DNA of 64,000 nt from Schmidtea nova (GCA_044892505.1 CM097883.1:322958001-323022000), one strand, 5' to 3'. Counted from the stretch's first letter, positions 28,096 through 41,140 are shown. Notes: generated by a model not told the origin, from the letters alone. Made by a program: numbers and translations.

Positions 28096-28572
28096 ATGAC
28101 TAAGCACAGATTCACCATCAAAAAGCGACGAGAACGAGCCCGACTTAGCCCATTAAAGCCGGCTCCTTTTGAGATTTTGCAACAAATCCATCAAAAAATG
28201 TGGGCATGGCGCCGAGAGCTTGAAACCGCATGTCCATTTACAGTATGGGACCATCCACGGCATCACGTATGGTACCGGGGATGCGCTAGTTGGCCAATCA
28301 TTCCAGACGAGGAATTCGAATCATGGCACGCCGCCTGGTTCGTTCTGATGTTAGATAAAAGAGGATTCCCGAACTGTGTAATTTATTGGGGGTTCATTCC
28401 AGCCTCTACATTCAAGGAATTGGGGTTCAAGTTCCATACAGCAATACGACCCCTTCGAGAAGCTGAGAGGATCCGTTTTCAACAGGCCTCGTCCAATATC
28501 ACAGGAATCAACACAAATTTGCAAATCAGATCGATATTTTCGTACCGAGGAAAAATGACCGAAGATGAATAG
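28096..28572 (+). CDS. ORF-A copy in the 3' LTR
   Basis: Identical translation to 2936-3412. Confidence 0.65.
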   Translation: MTKHRFTIKKRRERARLSPLKPAPFEILQQIHQKMWAWRRELETACPFTVWDHPRHHVWYRGCASWPIIPDEEFESWHAAWFVLMLDKRGFPNCVIYWGFIPASTFKELGFKFHTAIRPLREAERIRFQQASSNITGINTNLQIRSIFSYRGKMTEDE

Positions 28573-28892
28573 TTGAATCGATGGCCACCTGTTTTTAAAT
28601 TTAATAAATGTTTTAGAGAAATCTGAAGTGTCTCATTTTGTTGATAGTATTGTAATGTAGATTTATTAATATCCAGCGTTGTAGTTGTTATAGTCATTAG
28701 GAAATTCATTTACTAATTAGTTCAATAAATCTTTTGAGCCTTCAATAATTAGATAGTTAAATAATTTTGCAAAGAACTCAATAATTAAAAACATTAGTAT
28801 GCATCTCGTTTAATAATAATAATAGTTGTCTAAATAAAATACCATTGTTGATAGGTTCTCCAGCGAATTTATCGTTATAATATTCAGACATC

Positions 28893-29294
28893 ATGCCGGT
28901 TTCAGAAAACTCGAAGAGAATCATGGGACAAATCCAAGATAGAAAGTTGAGGGACCAGCAGCGGCAGATCAAGCGACTCACGGTCGCCAATGATGAATTG
29001 AGAGCGAAGTGGTTCTCGTCCAAACAAATGAAGGACCAATCGAAAAAACTCGAGCGAATGCAGGAAGCACTGGCCGCAACTAAATTGGAACTAGACGCCG
29101 TCCAGAGAGAACTACGAAATTGCCTAACTGCAGTAACAAGAAGCTATATCGACTCCGAATTACGAGCGCTAATCCGGCCGATCACGGCTCAGCGCTGGAC
29201 ACAAAGTACTTATCAAGATGTCGCTTGCGGGACGGAAGATGGTATCCTCATGGCCCCCACTCTTGTAACGGCCGATTTGCCTACTTTTCAGTGA
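28893..29294 (+). pseudogene. ORF-B copy in the 3' LTR, truncated to 133 aa by a 2-bp deletion
   Basis: TTTTCA-CA-GTGA becomes TTTTCA-GTGA; also an E-to-K change at 29022. Confidence 0.8.
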
Positions 29295-30037
29295 TCCATC
29301 GAGAACAATGGCGTCAGCACCTGTCCTAAACCAACCGCTTCGAAAACACCGAATGGGATCGCGACAGCGTCGTCGTCGCCGAGAATTTGCGAAGCGCCTG
29401 GACGAGCAAATCCACCACTTAAACTCCTTAACCGAAGCAGAGTTGATTCAGGAGATTAGTCTGGAGTTTGCATAGGAAAACATCAATGTCAAATAACAAC
29501 CTGTTTTTATTATTTTAATAAAAGTATTTTGTGTAAATTTTGTCTCTCATCGTATGACTTCACTAAATAAAATAAATAACTCGATTAAATCATAGAAATA
29601 GAAAATCTCATCAGTATTTTTTTCAGACCGACCGTTTCTACGTAGAGACTGATTAATTACCTTGTAGATCAGTTAAGGAAAGTGCAATTGGGGAAAGCGT
29701 GTGATAGATCATGAGGATAGGTAGTATAAAATTCATTGGGAAACGAACATCCGTAGAATGTAAATGCGTAAGACCTTCTATCGGCAGCAAGGACCCGAGG
29801 GAAGATAAATGGGGAGTAGTTTTGGCAACAAAGCTCACCTGCCCATCATTTTTCCAACCCCGTATGCAGTACCAACTTGACTAGTAGGGAATAGTCAAGG
29901 GCATGCGCGTGTAGTAGTCATGTTATGTATGGTTATGGGCGTGGAATTCCTAGTATACGTACTCATCAATAGTCGTTCAATTAATGATTAACTATTTATT
30001 TGAATTACTTAAAACCCACCCATAATCCCAGCAAAAT

Positions 30038-30217
30038 TTAAAATCAGTTATAATACCAATTGAAATCGAAAACGCTTTAGTGGAAGTTGTAAATAAAATG
30101 GGTTTATCCAAAATACAATTTTGCTTAAATGTGAAATTTGAAAAAGACGATGAATATCAATTTATCATAATATCAAATCGAGCAAAACTTATGAGTGATA
30201 CATTTTTAGAAGATGGT
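30038..30217 (+). pseudogene. Polinton pPolB fragment (segment 2)
   Basis: …KIQFCLNVKFEK…SDTFLEDG joins in frame to ITRLNEKISKINEKGSNW at 31794 once the 1.57-kb insert is removed. Confidence 0.65.
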
Positions 30218-31786
30218 TTTATGAACCGGAAATCACACCAAGGTATTTTGATTTTTGGTGTGGTTGCCGATTCATCAATTTTATTTTTGTTTCCCCGCTT
30301 TTAATTTTATGTAATCTTACAAATAAATTTAATAATACTTCGTTGTGTTCCGGTGGCCGAATTTTGTGTTGCTTGGCAACTGCATCTGTGTACGGGGAAT
30401 TGAAACTGTGAATTGAACTCTCATTTTGAATTTGAACTACCGGACTATATTTGGAAATATTTATTTTTAAAATACACAGAACGTTGTATTTATTTGGCTC
30501 CAGGGAACGTACGTCGTAAGAGATTTTATCAATATTATAGTTGCCTGTCACTTTAATGTCATTGTTTATTAATTCTAATGAGGTAAATTGGAGCGTTTTG
30601 GAATATTTATTATGGAATAAGACCATAAAGTTTATGAAAATAGAATGTATGTATATAAATATTGTTCTTTCCGGGGATAATTTCAATTGAGACAGATACT
30701 GGGGAGTCGTTGCAACATAGCATGATTTTATCGACAAGTATTTATTATTATCATCATTACAAATGATACAATAATCATCTTCTTTATAAGTAAGCTGTTT
30801 GAAGAATGTTGTGAACACTGTATCACCAGCAGAATTGGAGGAACAGTAATCCTGGTGCACAAACGAAAATATGTCAATGAGGGTTCTATTGGTTGTTATT
30901 ATCGATAGATAAAGTGGAGTACCGATGGGTATTTCGCAATCATTAATTGAGATCAGATTGCGCATCAGAATATATCTTACCATTCCTTCCTCCCCATCGA
31001 TGACGGCGATATGCAGCCGATTATAACCTGCTTTATATTCAGTCTGCTAGAAGTCATTTCTCTTCTCCAATATTTGTCTAATTTCTCCCACTGCATTAGA
31101 TAAGTCATGTTGCTCCAATTTATAAACTTTTTTAACCATGAAATCAAAAAATTTAATTCTATTTTCAATGGCAGAGATCTCCAAAAGTAAATGACCACTT
31201 TGTGCAGTGAAGTCATTAATTGCTTTAGCTGGACAATTAGCAGCAAAATATTCAAATTGATTTGAAAGTAAAAATTGGTCAAGCATTATTAAATAGTGAG
31301 ACAAATAATATCAAGTAACTAATGATATAATATAAATAATATCAAGTAACTAATAAAATTCGTAAGCGTTAACTAATATTTTTTTTTGTGCGCGGTATCC
31401 GCTAACATATTTTTTTAAACAACTTTTTACAACTCATACTTTAATTTATAAAAATAACAAAATATTCAGTATTACAAAATTTTTACATAGATAATTACAC
31501 AACATTAAATATAAATAAGACAGGGCAATAAATGATTATAACATCTCTAGTCAAAGTATATAATATTATTATCAACAAACATATTAATTTATTTAAGAAA
31601 AATTAGTAATTATTAATTCAAACAGACACAAATAAACACATACAGTTAAAAAATATCCAAACATTACTAACGAGAGCTATTATGGTGTATAAAATATACA
31701 ATGAAACAACAAAATACATCGACATCATAATAAAAACTATAAACACTCTTTGATTGAATGGACATGATATGACAGCAGAACATTAC
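30218..31786 (-). mobile_element. 1.57-kb insertion flanked by a 7-bp direct repeat (AGATGGT), carrying an ankyrin-repeat gene with one in-frame stop
   Basis: AGATGGT at 30211-30217 and 31787-31793. Minus-strand ORFs 31047-31304 and 30219-30983 share a frame, and the joining stretch reads GYNRLHIAVIDGEEGMVRYILM…GTPLYLSI (ANK-like). Confidence 0.7.
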
Positions 31787-31793
31787 AGATGGT

Positions 31794-32833
31794 ATAACTC
31801 GGTTAAATGAGAAAATAAGTAAAATAAATGAAAAGGGTAGCAATTGGGTTATTAATATAATTATTGAAATAATTTTTAAATTAACAAAATGTGCACCAAT
31901 TAATCGGTTAAGTGATCATGGTAATATTCCAACAACTGAATCACTAAAGAGTAAACATTGCAAATACAGATGAATTATGTTTTATTTATAGCATTTTAGC
32001 TATTTTAAAATATGATGAGATAACTAATCATAGAGACAAACCATCGAAATATAATACTTCCGATCTTTTGTTTGATTCTTCTGAATTACTTATGAAGCTT
32101 TGTAACATTAGAAATTTCGAATCTAAAAACCCTGGTATTTCAATCAATGTTTTATCTTATAATGATGACACTTCTTTAAATATGGCGGATAAAACTGAAC
32201 TAGTTAAACACCCTTATGTAGACAATACATAGATCAAAGGTTATTGGTGGTAAATCTATAAATTTAATTTTACTTGAGGGACAAATTAATTACCACTATA
32301 TAGCTGTTACAAATCTTAATAGACTATTAAATAGTCAAACTAGTTTTGTTACAGATGTCCGTATTAGAAGTATATGGTTTTAGAGATGCTTAAACGGTTT
32401 TAGAAATGCTGAAGGTTAAAAAAGACATGTTGCTTTAAGTGTTAAAAATCAATTAGGAACAACTTTTTACACTACCGAATGATAATCTGCTTAGCTTTAT
32501 AGATTGGTCTAAAGACGTAACTCCACCTTTTGTTATTTATGCAGACTTCGAAACAATTTTGCCTAAAGATGATAGATATCATCAAAAGCATTCACCGATA
32601 TCTGCAGGTTTATTGCTAATAAATAATTTTACGGGGGATAAGATTTATAAAAGTTCCATTGGTTTAGACTCTGTTGAAAGCTTTCTTACTGAAATTAATG
32701 ATATACCCAAAAATATAGTTAAACCATATTATAACAACAATTCTTATAACCCTATGATATTGACTGATGATTATCGTCTTTCTTATTATTCTAGTGTTAC
32801 TTGCTATCTTTGTGCTAAAACCTTGAAAATAAG
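31794..32833 (+). pseudogene. Polinton/Maverick protein-primed DNA polymerase B, degenerate (segment 3)
   Basis: Motifs EKGSNW, DELCFIYSILA, NFESKNPGISINV, HYIAVTNLNRLL, RCLNGF, PPFVIYADFETIL and CYLC. Confidence 0.8.
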
Positions 32834-35800
32834 TAGGGAATAACCGAATCTTGATCCGGAAATCGGTACCTGCCGGATTTTGCTAAAAACCGATATATCG
32901 GTATCGACACCAAAACAGCGGACCGATCCAAATAGTGAAAATAAACAAAATAACTAAAACCCGACAAAAAATACCCAAATAACCAAAAGAACTGTTTACA
33001 GCAGAAAAACACAAAAAAAATTATAGAAAACCCCACTCTGCATATATTACTCATGTCTGAGTCTATTTAACAAACACACTATTTAATGAGCAGCATGAGG
33101 TCAATTTGACGTCATCAAATATCAATGTTATTCAACTTCACTATTTTGTTTTGTATTATAAAATATAAATCAATTAAAATCAAAACAAATAATTTTAAAT
33201 AACTTTGAATATTGAAAAGGTTTAAAACTTTATATATTTAGTCGATTTTATCATAAATAAAAGGAATTATAAGTTTGGGAAGCTAATGTTTTTTTGTTGT
33301 TTAACACCATGTCCCGAAGTAAGATATGGCAATATTTCGAAATAAACGCTGTTGACGAGTCAAGAGCGGCGTGTCTCGTATGCAAGGACAATTTGAAAAG
33401 AGGAGGGAACGACCCCCGCACATACGGAACCAGTGGGCTCATTAACCATCTTCGTTCTAAACACGGTGAAGAATTTAAAGTCTATTCCCGAATCTGTGAA
33501 ATGGAAAAGAAGAGAAATGCTGAAGAAGATAACATGTCTTCCAAGAAGCAAAAGTGCAGACACTTGAAGCTCTCTTTGACAAGAAAAAAACTTTTGATGC
33601 CAACGACCCGCGGCAATTACGGATCACAAAGTTAATAGCTGAAATGATTGCATCGGATGTCTCGCCCTTCAATTTTATTGTTCATGTTGGTTTCGTCCGC
33701 TTGATGCTTGAGTTAGAGGCTCGTTACAACATACCAGCACAAGTAACTTTTTCCAGAACTTTAATTCAGGAAATTTATGCTTTAGTAAGAAACAAAGTTC
33801 AGATTTTGGTCGATAAAGCAGACTCCATCCACGTTACAAGTTATGTCTGGATAAGCGACAATAATCTCAATGCCTTTCTATCCTTAACTGCCCATTGGAT
33901 TGACCAAAAGTGGAACCGGATGTTTGTTGTGCTATCATCAAGGAATCTTCAGGACCGCCACACCGGACAACTCATTGCTGCCAGCCTCATTGACATCTTA
34001 GAGGGATAATCAATCCCAATTGGTAGACGTGGTGTCCTAATTAGAGATAATGGGGCAAGTATGGTGAAAGCCGCCGGATTGAGTGGAATGCAGGATTTGG
34101 GTTGTTATATACACAACATCCAGTTGGTTGTAAAGGTTGGATTTCAAAGTCAAAAATCAGTCATCGATGCAATTCAGACGGCAAGAGCTCTAGTTGGACG
34201 ATTTCGTCATTCTACTCAGAGTACAGAACAGCTGCTTAGAATTCAGAAGACTCTGAAATTAGCGGATGGAACACCATATCCACAACACCGGCTTATACAA
34301 GATGTAACCACAAGGTGGAATTCTACCTTCTACATGTTGGAGCGTCTAGTGGAACAGAAGACCGCTATTGCCATATACTCTCAAGACAATGATGGAGTCA
34401 AAAACTTATCTCCAAATGAATGGAATTTGATGGAGGGTTTTATTAACGTTAAAACCTTTTGAACAAGAAACTAAGAATGCCAGTCTGGCGTCTGCAAGTG
34501 CTGGGATGATCATCCCTGTGGTCCGTGTTTTACTCGCAACTTCGATGAAACCTGCAAAAGTCGGTGATGATGTTGGAATACATACGATGCGTTCAGACAT
34601 GATGACTGATCTAAGTGTACGTTATGCTGAGATAGGAAGAAATAAGATTTGTGTACTTGCAACGGTTCTCGATTCCACATTCAAACTTTTGGTTTTCAAT
34701 CTAGATGAACGGGATGGCGCGAAAGCATCACTGCTTGCAGAAGTTCGTATTGAAGCTGAAAAAATGAGAACCAACCAGATCGACACAATTTCTTTAGGTA
34801 CGGATCCGACTCCTGTCGCTTCTACTTCTCTGGAGTCTTACTATCAAGAGTTCTTAGCTTATTGCAGCTCCAACTATATGGACGCAACTCCTGCATTTGG
34901 AAGTGATTACGAGGAAATGAAGTACCTACATGAAATTAATTCTTACCTGGCAGAACGGAACCAGCTGAGAACGTCAACACTAACCAATCCTGTAATCTAT
35001 TGGAAGTCTAGACAACACACTTACCCACACCTTGCAGCCGTTGCAAGACGTTTTTGTGCCACTCCACCATCAAACGTGGATAGTGAGCGCACTTTTAGCA
35101 CCAGTGGTGCTATTTGCTGTGACAAACGTTCGCGTATGACTGCATGTAAGACGGAAATGTTGCTGTTCCTTCAAAAGAACTTGGAAGTGGTCAACTTTGA
35201 ATATTAACAATTTTTCATGCAGAAGATCGTTTGTTTACTAATTAAATATCTATTATTATGCTGTTAAAGCCTATTGAAGCCTGTTTGATTTTGATCTTCA
35301 ACTCGCACTGAATGTTTTTTATTAATTTATAATTAATGATTACGATTAAGCTGTAAAAGGCTTAAAGTTTACTAAAGGCTGTTTGACTTGGAGTTTAAAA
35401 CCCTTCAAGGTTCAACGCCTAGTGAAGGTCTTTCCTTAATTATTATTAACTATTAAGCTGTTCATTTGTTAAAGCCTACTAAAGTTTAAAGCTGTTTTAT
35501 TTTGAGTTTCAAACTTTCAACCGACACTGAAGGTCGTTTATTAATTATAAAAGTTTATAATTATTAAGCATGTCATTAGATAATTGACACTTTCTGGTAT
35601 TTATATTTCCAATAATATAATAAATGAATAATGATATTAAAAATGTATGATATCATTAATAATATATTATACAAATAATCAAATAATTCAAAAAAAAAAT
35701 CTTTTAGAAACTTTGCTGTTAATAGTTTAATAAGTATAAATACAAAACTCGGCCAACATAATCGATTTCAACATAAAACAACTGTTCAAGTTTCAATAAT

Positions 35801-36137
35801 CACGTTGAATCAACATTGAACAAGCGGCAATGTTATACAACAACTTTAGTTTAATATTCGTCGATTAATGATATCACATTTCAAGTAATACGGATTACAG
35901 AAGTGAATGGGATTGTTTCTGTCTTGGCTTCTTGTGAATTTTGTCATCATTCGAATTTCTAGGCTTCTGGCGACCTATAAACGAAGACAAGACAACATCT
36001 AAGATTAATATTGTATTAACAATTTCAAATGTAATTATGTTACCTAACTATCCGGATCGTATCCGGAATCGGCAAATACCAAATCAAAAATATCCGGAAT
36101 CCGGAATCGGCAGAAAATGCCAATCGGTTATGCCCTA
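32834..36137 (+). mobile_element. hAT DNA transposon (3.3 kb) with 8-bp TSD
   Basis: TIRs TAGGGAATAACCGA / TCGGTTATGCCCTA (13/14). TSD AAAATAAG at 32826-32833 and 36138-36145. Subterminal ATCCGG repeats. Confidence 0.93.
33309..35207 (+). pseudogene. hAT (ZBED-like) transposase broken into four ORFs
   Basis: BED finger IWQYF…CLVC…TSGLINHLRSKH, DVTTRWNSTFYMLERL, and dimerisation domain YWKS…LAAVARRFCATPPSNVDSERTFS. Confidence 0.92.
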
Positions 36138-36145
36138 AAAATAAG

Positions 36146-36520
36146 GTTAGGGATTATGATCATTTTTCAGGTAAGTTCTTGGGTGCTGCTTGCAGAAATT
36201 GTAACGTTTCTCGTCATATCCTCAAATTCGGCTTGAAAAAAATATTTATATTGGAAACTTCTCTGTATTCCGATATCTAGTGAAAAGATTTTAGCACTGT
36301 TTGCAAGAATTAAAGGTACGACAATTAAGTTTATAGATTCTTATCAATTTATAAACGATTCCTTGGCTAAAGCTGTAAAAACAATAAATTTTTTTTCAAT
36401 AACGTCAACAGAGTTTAGAGGGACAATTATAAATTTAAAGGGAATATTTCCTTATAATTTTGCAACGTCTTTGGAAGTTTTAGAAAATAAATATGAGTTA
36501 CCCCAATTTGGGAAGATGTT
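36146..36520 (+). pseudogene. Polinton pPolB fragment (segment 4)
   Basis: KVRDYDHFSGKFLGAACRNCN, KFIDSYQFINDSLAKAV and KGIFPYNF motifs. Confidence 0.75.
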
Positions 36521-36689
36521 ACAGAATTTATATTAGAAAAATTTTTAATTTTCATGATAACTATAAGTGAATCAAAAAATTTCAAACAATAACGAAACAA
36601 AAGTCTATTATTTAGTTATTTTAAAATATTTAAATGATTATTGGTTGAAGTTTAGAAATTTAAATTTTATTGAATTTTTAAAAATTTTA

Positions 36690-37620
36690 TTAATACGAAT
36701 TTAAACTCGTGCGTAAAGCAACTCAAACAGCTCAAAATATCAACCAAGTTTGAGACAATGGTAGTGTAAATGTGTGTACAGTTATTTGTTGGTTTCAAAA
36801 ATTTCGGAATGGAGAAATTAACCTCGAAGACAAGAAAGGTTAAGGCCGGAACTTATGTTGAAAATGATGGCAAACCTGATCGACTCAAATCAACGCAAAA
36901 GTAGCAGAAAAAGTCAGAGTTCATCATTCGACCATCATTTGTCATTTGAAACATATCGGAAAAGCGAAGAAGCTCCACGAGTAGGTGCTGCATTGATTTA
37001 ACAAGAGTTAAATGAATTGTCGCTACAAGGTCTTTACTACGCTTCAATTAATGGCCTATTTTTAATCGTATAGTGACGCGTGATGAAAAATGGGTTGTTT
37101 AAGATAACCGAATGTGTTCTTAACAATGGTATGAAAATAATCAAGCACCGAACCACTTATTAAAACTGAAGTTCCATCAAGTGAATGTCAAGGTGACTGA
37201 CTGTCAAGTTTCGGCATTAGCAATTATAGACTTTTCAATCTTTGCGAAACCATCACAGCAGCTAAGTATTGTCAATAAAACGATGAAATGCATCAAAAAC
37301 CTCAATTTCTTTGTCCGGCTTTGATCAACATAAAGAGCCAAATCTTCTTGCACGACAATGCTCGGCCACACATCGTACGACTAACGCCGCAGAAGCCTAA
37401 TGAATTGTGCTACGAAACTTTGCCTCACCCATCATATTCACTTGACCTCTCACCAACATACTACCAATTTTTTAAACATTTAGGCAACATTTTAGGGATA
37501 AAATATTCTGAAATCAGGATGCAGCCAAAAATTCTTTCCGAAAATTTCTTGCTTCCGGAGGCCAAAAATCAGTGAATAAGTAAACTTTTACCTTGTTCAT
37601 AAAAGTGTATCGAATCTAAT
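36690..37620 (+). pseudogene. mariner (DD34D-type) transposase fossil
   Basis: YEFKLVRKATQTAQNINQV, WFQKFRNG…LED, RIVTRDEKW, FLHDNARPH and LPHPSYSLDLSPTYY. Confidence 0.88.
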
Positions 37621-39821
37621 TGTTCTTATTTTGATTAGTAAAGTTCAGTATTAAGCAAATTAACAGCTTTTCAAAGTTTATAGTAAAAAAATTAGATTAT
37701 AAGAGATCTTATCATTACAATTTTAGCCAGAGTATACAAAGAAAATAATTGGGCAGAATTACTTCCAAAGATTGAAATTACAATAAATGCAACCAAACAA
37801 AGTACTGGAAGATTTTTACAATTTGAGATAATTTTTGGAAGAAAAATCAATCTGTATTCGACGTATAACAAGCGCCGGAATCCAGGGAAAACGTAAGATT
37901 GGCAGTAAAAACAAAAATCGCAAATAATGGCAATCAAAATAATAAACATGTGTGGAAATAAAATAGGTAGTTGACAATTTGAAGAGGTAGAGATTTTGGT
38001 AAAGAAAAAACCTGAAAACTGGAAAAAAAACGAAATTAAATACGAAGGTTCATCCAGGATTATTAAATTTATTTCACTAAACAAGAAGAAATTTAAAATG
38101 GAACTATACTGAAACAGGGAAGAATTGAATTGCTACAAGTTTTAATGAATGGAGAGCTATATTCTTTAAATTTATAATATATATACAATATTTTAATATT
38201 ACAAATAACTTGAGAAAAACTAATTATTTCATAATTAGTTTTGTTTAAATATTGAAAAACTTGGAGGTAAGTTTAAAATTTAACTGAATAAATCTTCCTA
38301 ATTTTATGTCTTTGTCTTTAGATGTAAGTATTCTTTATATTAAAAATCGTTAAATTTTAAAAATTGGTACGATTTTTTGTGGTACTTGTGCAAAACTAAC
38401 ATCTTCGTAACCTTAGGAGTTGACTACTAAATACTAGGTGTAAAGGTTAATTATTTACTGAATCACATTAGTATTTCAATTAGTGTTTAATTTTGTTATT
38501 AATTGTATCATTATTTTGCTTCACTCAATAATAAAACAAGTTTGCTATGATTTATAATAATGCAATGTTTATTGTTCGTCAATTTCAATTAACGGTGGAA
38601 GCAAGCAAAAATTGCTAATAATAAATTGGTGCAGTGTATTGTGAGATCCAGTTGGAAATATAAGATCCTGCTGTGTTATCTTAGAAATCGTAACAGGGAG
38701 TCGCCTTGAGATAAATTTCCTAATCCACATCGGCGACGGGGAATCAAATCATCATGCCGATTCAACTAGAGTAGTGTTTCCCAACCTGGGCGATTTGAAA
38801 TTTTAGGTGGGCAATGTTTTTGCCATATTTTTTTTGCATGTCTACCTTTTTGCCACTGTTTGCCTTAAAATTTTATTATTTCCGTTTAGTTCTAAATTTN
38901 NNNNNNNNNNNNNNNNNNNNNNNNNNNNNNNNNNNNNNNNNNNNNNNNNNNNNNNNNNNNNNNNNNNNNNNNNNNNNNNNNNNNNNNNNNNNNNNNNNNN
39001 NNNNNNNNNNNNNNNNNNNNNNNNNNNNNNNNNNNNNNNNNNNNCCTATAAATGACCTACATCTATATATACATCTACTCTCAATTTGTTAATCTTTATA
39101 GTATAACAATATATGACGCACACACATCAACTTACACACAGTTACATCTACTCTACGCCAGTGTTTCCCAACCTGGGCGATTTGAATTTTCAGCAATTGG
39201 AAATGGGCGATAAAATGGTTTGGAAATGCTGAACTAGAGGTTTAATGGCATTATATAATTTTAGATGAAGCAAACTGCAAAGAAAATTCAACTAAAATTT
39301 TCCAACGATTTGATAAGTGCAGAGGTTGCACGAGCACAATTTGATTGCGATATGGCGTTGCCTATGGCACGAGATTGCTAGCGGATGTAGCATCGATAGT
39401 TACCTAGAGCAGCAGCAGGAACCACCAAGTGATTGCTGCAACCAGGACAGATTTTTTGTGGATACTCTGTCCTACTCTAAGTACACGGCAGTCATGGAGG
39501 TACATGATACATGACACATTTTTGTCCAATAAATTTACATTTTAAATGTGATTTGATTTTAGTGTGCCGTAAGGTGATCACTTTATTTATTTTATCTACC
39601 TTTAATAACCTCGACTATCAATAGTAATAAAGGGTGGAGATCAATTGAAATTTTGAATATCGAAATTAATCGATGAATTTTAGTGTTTGTATTTCTAGTA
39701 TAGAACAAATGAGCACTCCTCATTAAAGGCATATCGATCTGCAAATGCTCGAAGATGCATGGTCAAGAGTAAGTGAAAATACGTATCACAGAATTATAGT
39801 ATACCTAATATGGATTTCGAC

Positions 39822-41140
39822 CAGGGTTTCCCGAACCAGAAAACCCAGGTTTTTCAAAGATTTTACTAACTCGAAACCCGGGGAATTTTTAATGAAAATC
39901 ATGGGAATTAGATATTTGTCTAATACAATAGAATACCAATTATATTCCTTAATTTGGAACTGAACTAGTCGGACTCAGTACGGCTCTCAAACAAATGAAT
40001 ACAAAGTACAATCAGATGAAGTGAGATGGAGGTATATTGGCGGCGTCGTACGCCATAGCTCTATTTCACTCAAGTTTATGAGTTGGGGATTCCCAACAGC
40101 AAGTGTGTCATGCGTGTGAATTATACAATTATCCAGCTACATGACCATGTCTGTTTTCTGTGGTTTGTGTTTGTGTGTGTTTGGTCTAGTTATATCTCTC
40201 ATTGTGTTGTGTTCTCGATGCTTTTTTATGAGATGAGGAAAGAAATTAAAATTGCAATGCTTCAACTAGATTATCACTTTGATGTCAATAACTAGGAATT
40301 AGACAAGATTAAAAAATTATGTGATGAGCTTACTTCCATTGAAGTCGCAGTGCAATATTTATGTAAAGAAAACGCCGATCTTTCTCTGAAAAAGTATTAG
40401 TATTTACAGTGAATAAGCTAATAAATCTAAACGCCCCTTTCACAAATTCGATTCAAATTACGTCGAAACCCAGAGCTAACTCATCTCATTAAATTTTTAT
40501 AAAATACCGAATTCGTCAATGATTCATATATTTGATTGAATAAAATATTTAATCTGGCAACAACCTTAATAAACCGATTATTCAACGTAAACTATAATAG
40601 CCCAGAGTCTGAATCATAAGTAGCAGTTGAGGTGGGAGTTAAAGATGGAATTGAAGATGATGCTATGAGTATTGGTACTTGTACTAAACAAATATCCCTA
40701 TCTGATGAACTTTGTATGTTTCTGCAGGAGAATGATAATAAAGAAAATCATGAAAAATCATGATAAATATATAAAAAAGAAATATATCATAAGCAACAAA
40801 AAGCCGATCTGAAATGCTAGAGGTCTTTAACAATGATTCTACCAACTTCGGTGGAAGTAAAACGAGCATTTTCTGTAATGAGTCTCCCTGCTAATAAACT
40901 CTGAATTCAATTCAATGATGATACGTTGAGTGCAATGATTGTTGTAAGGCAGTTTTATAAAAAATGAGATATTTGTACCATTTTTATTAATATTATACAT
41001 TTATGTATATGTTTATTAACATTAAATTTATTTACTGTTATTTTTATATTTGAAATTCTGAAATAACTTATATTGACCACTTGGAACCAACCAAGTAAAC
41101 CAAGGCTTTAAAGGAATTGCTCAAAATCGAAAACCTTAAT
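39822..41140 (+). pseudogene. Highly degenerate hAT-like transposon remnant
   Basis: C-terminal motif LPTSVEVKRAFSVM…DDTLSAMIVVR near 40830-40950; subterminal GAAACCCGGG-type repeats near 39820-39890. Ends are approximate. Confidence 0.55.

Larger units (their letters stand above)
1574..30033 (+). mobile_element. Giant (28,460 bp) full-length Ty3/Gypsy LTR retrotransposon with env-like gene and accessory cargo
   Basis: Near-identical 3.3-kb direct repeats with termini TGTTGGG...CCCAGCA. 4-bp TSD AAAT at 1570-1573 and 30034-30037. PBS follows the 5' LTR. Domain order PR-RT-RH-IN is Gypsy-type. Confidence 0.97.
26734..30033 (+). repeat. 3' LTR (3,300 bp)
   Basis: Copy of the 5' LTR. Differences seen by eye: 1765A/26925G, 2489T/27649A, 3862G/29022A, 4790C/29948T, and loss of a CA dinucleotide (5' 4131-4132). 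Confidence 0.97.

Noticed and set aside
26734-30033. The 3.3-kb duplication as an assembly artefact or segmental duplication
   Set aside because: TG…CA termini, 4-bp TSD, PBS, point differences between the copies and restoration of the flanking reading frame all indicate true LTRs.
38772-39190. Repeated (C/T)AGTGTTTCCCAACCTGGGCGATTTG either side of a gap, resembling a hAT TIR
   Set aside because: Both copies are in direct orientation around an N gap; no element boundaries or TSD can be established.
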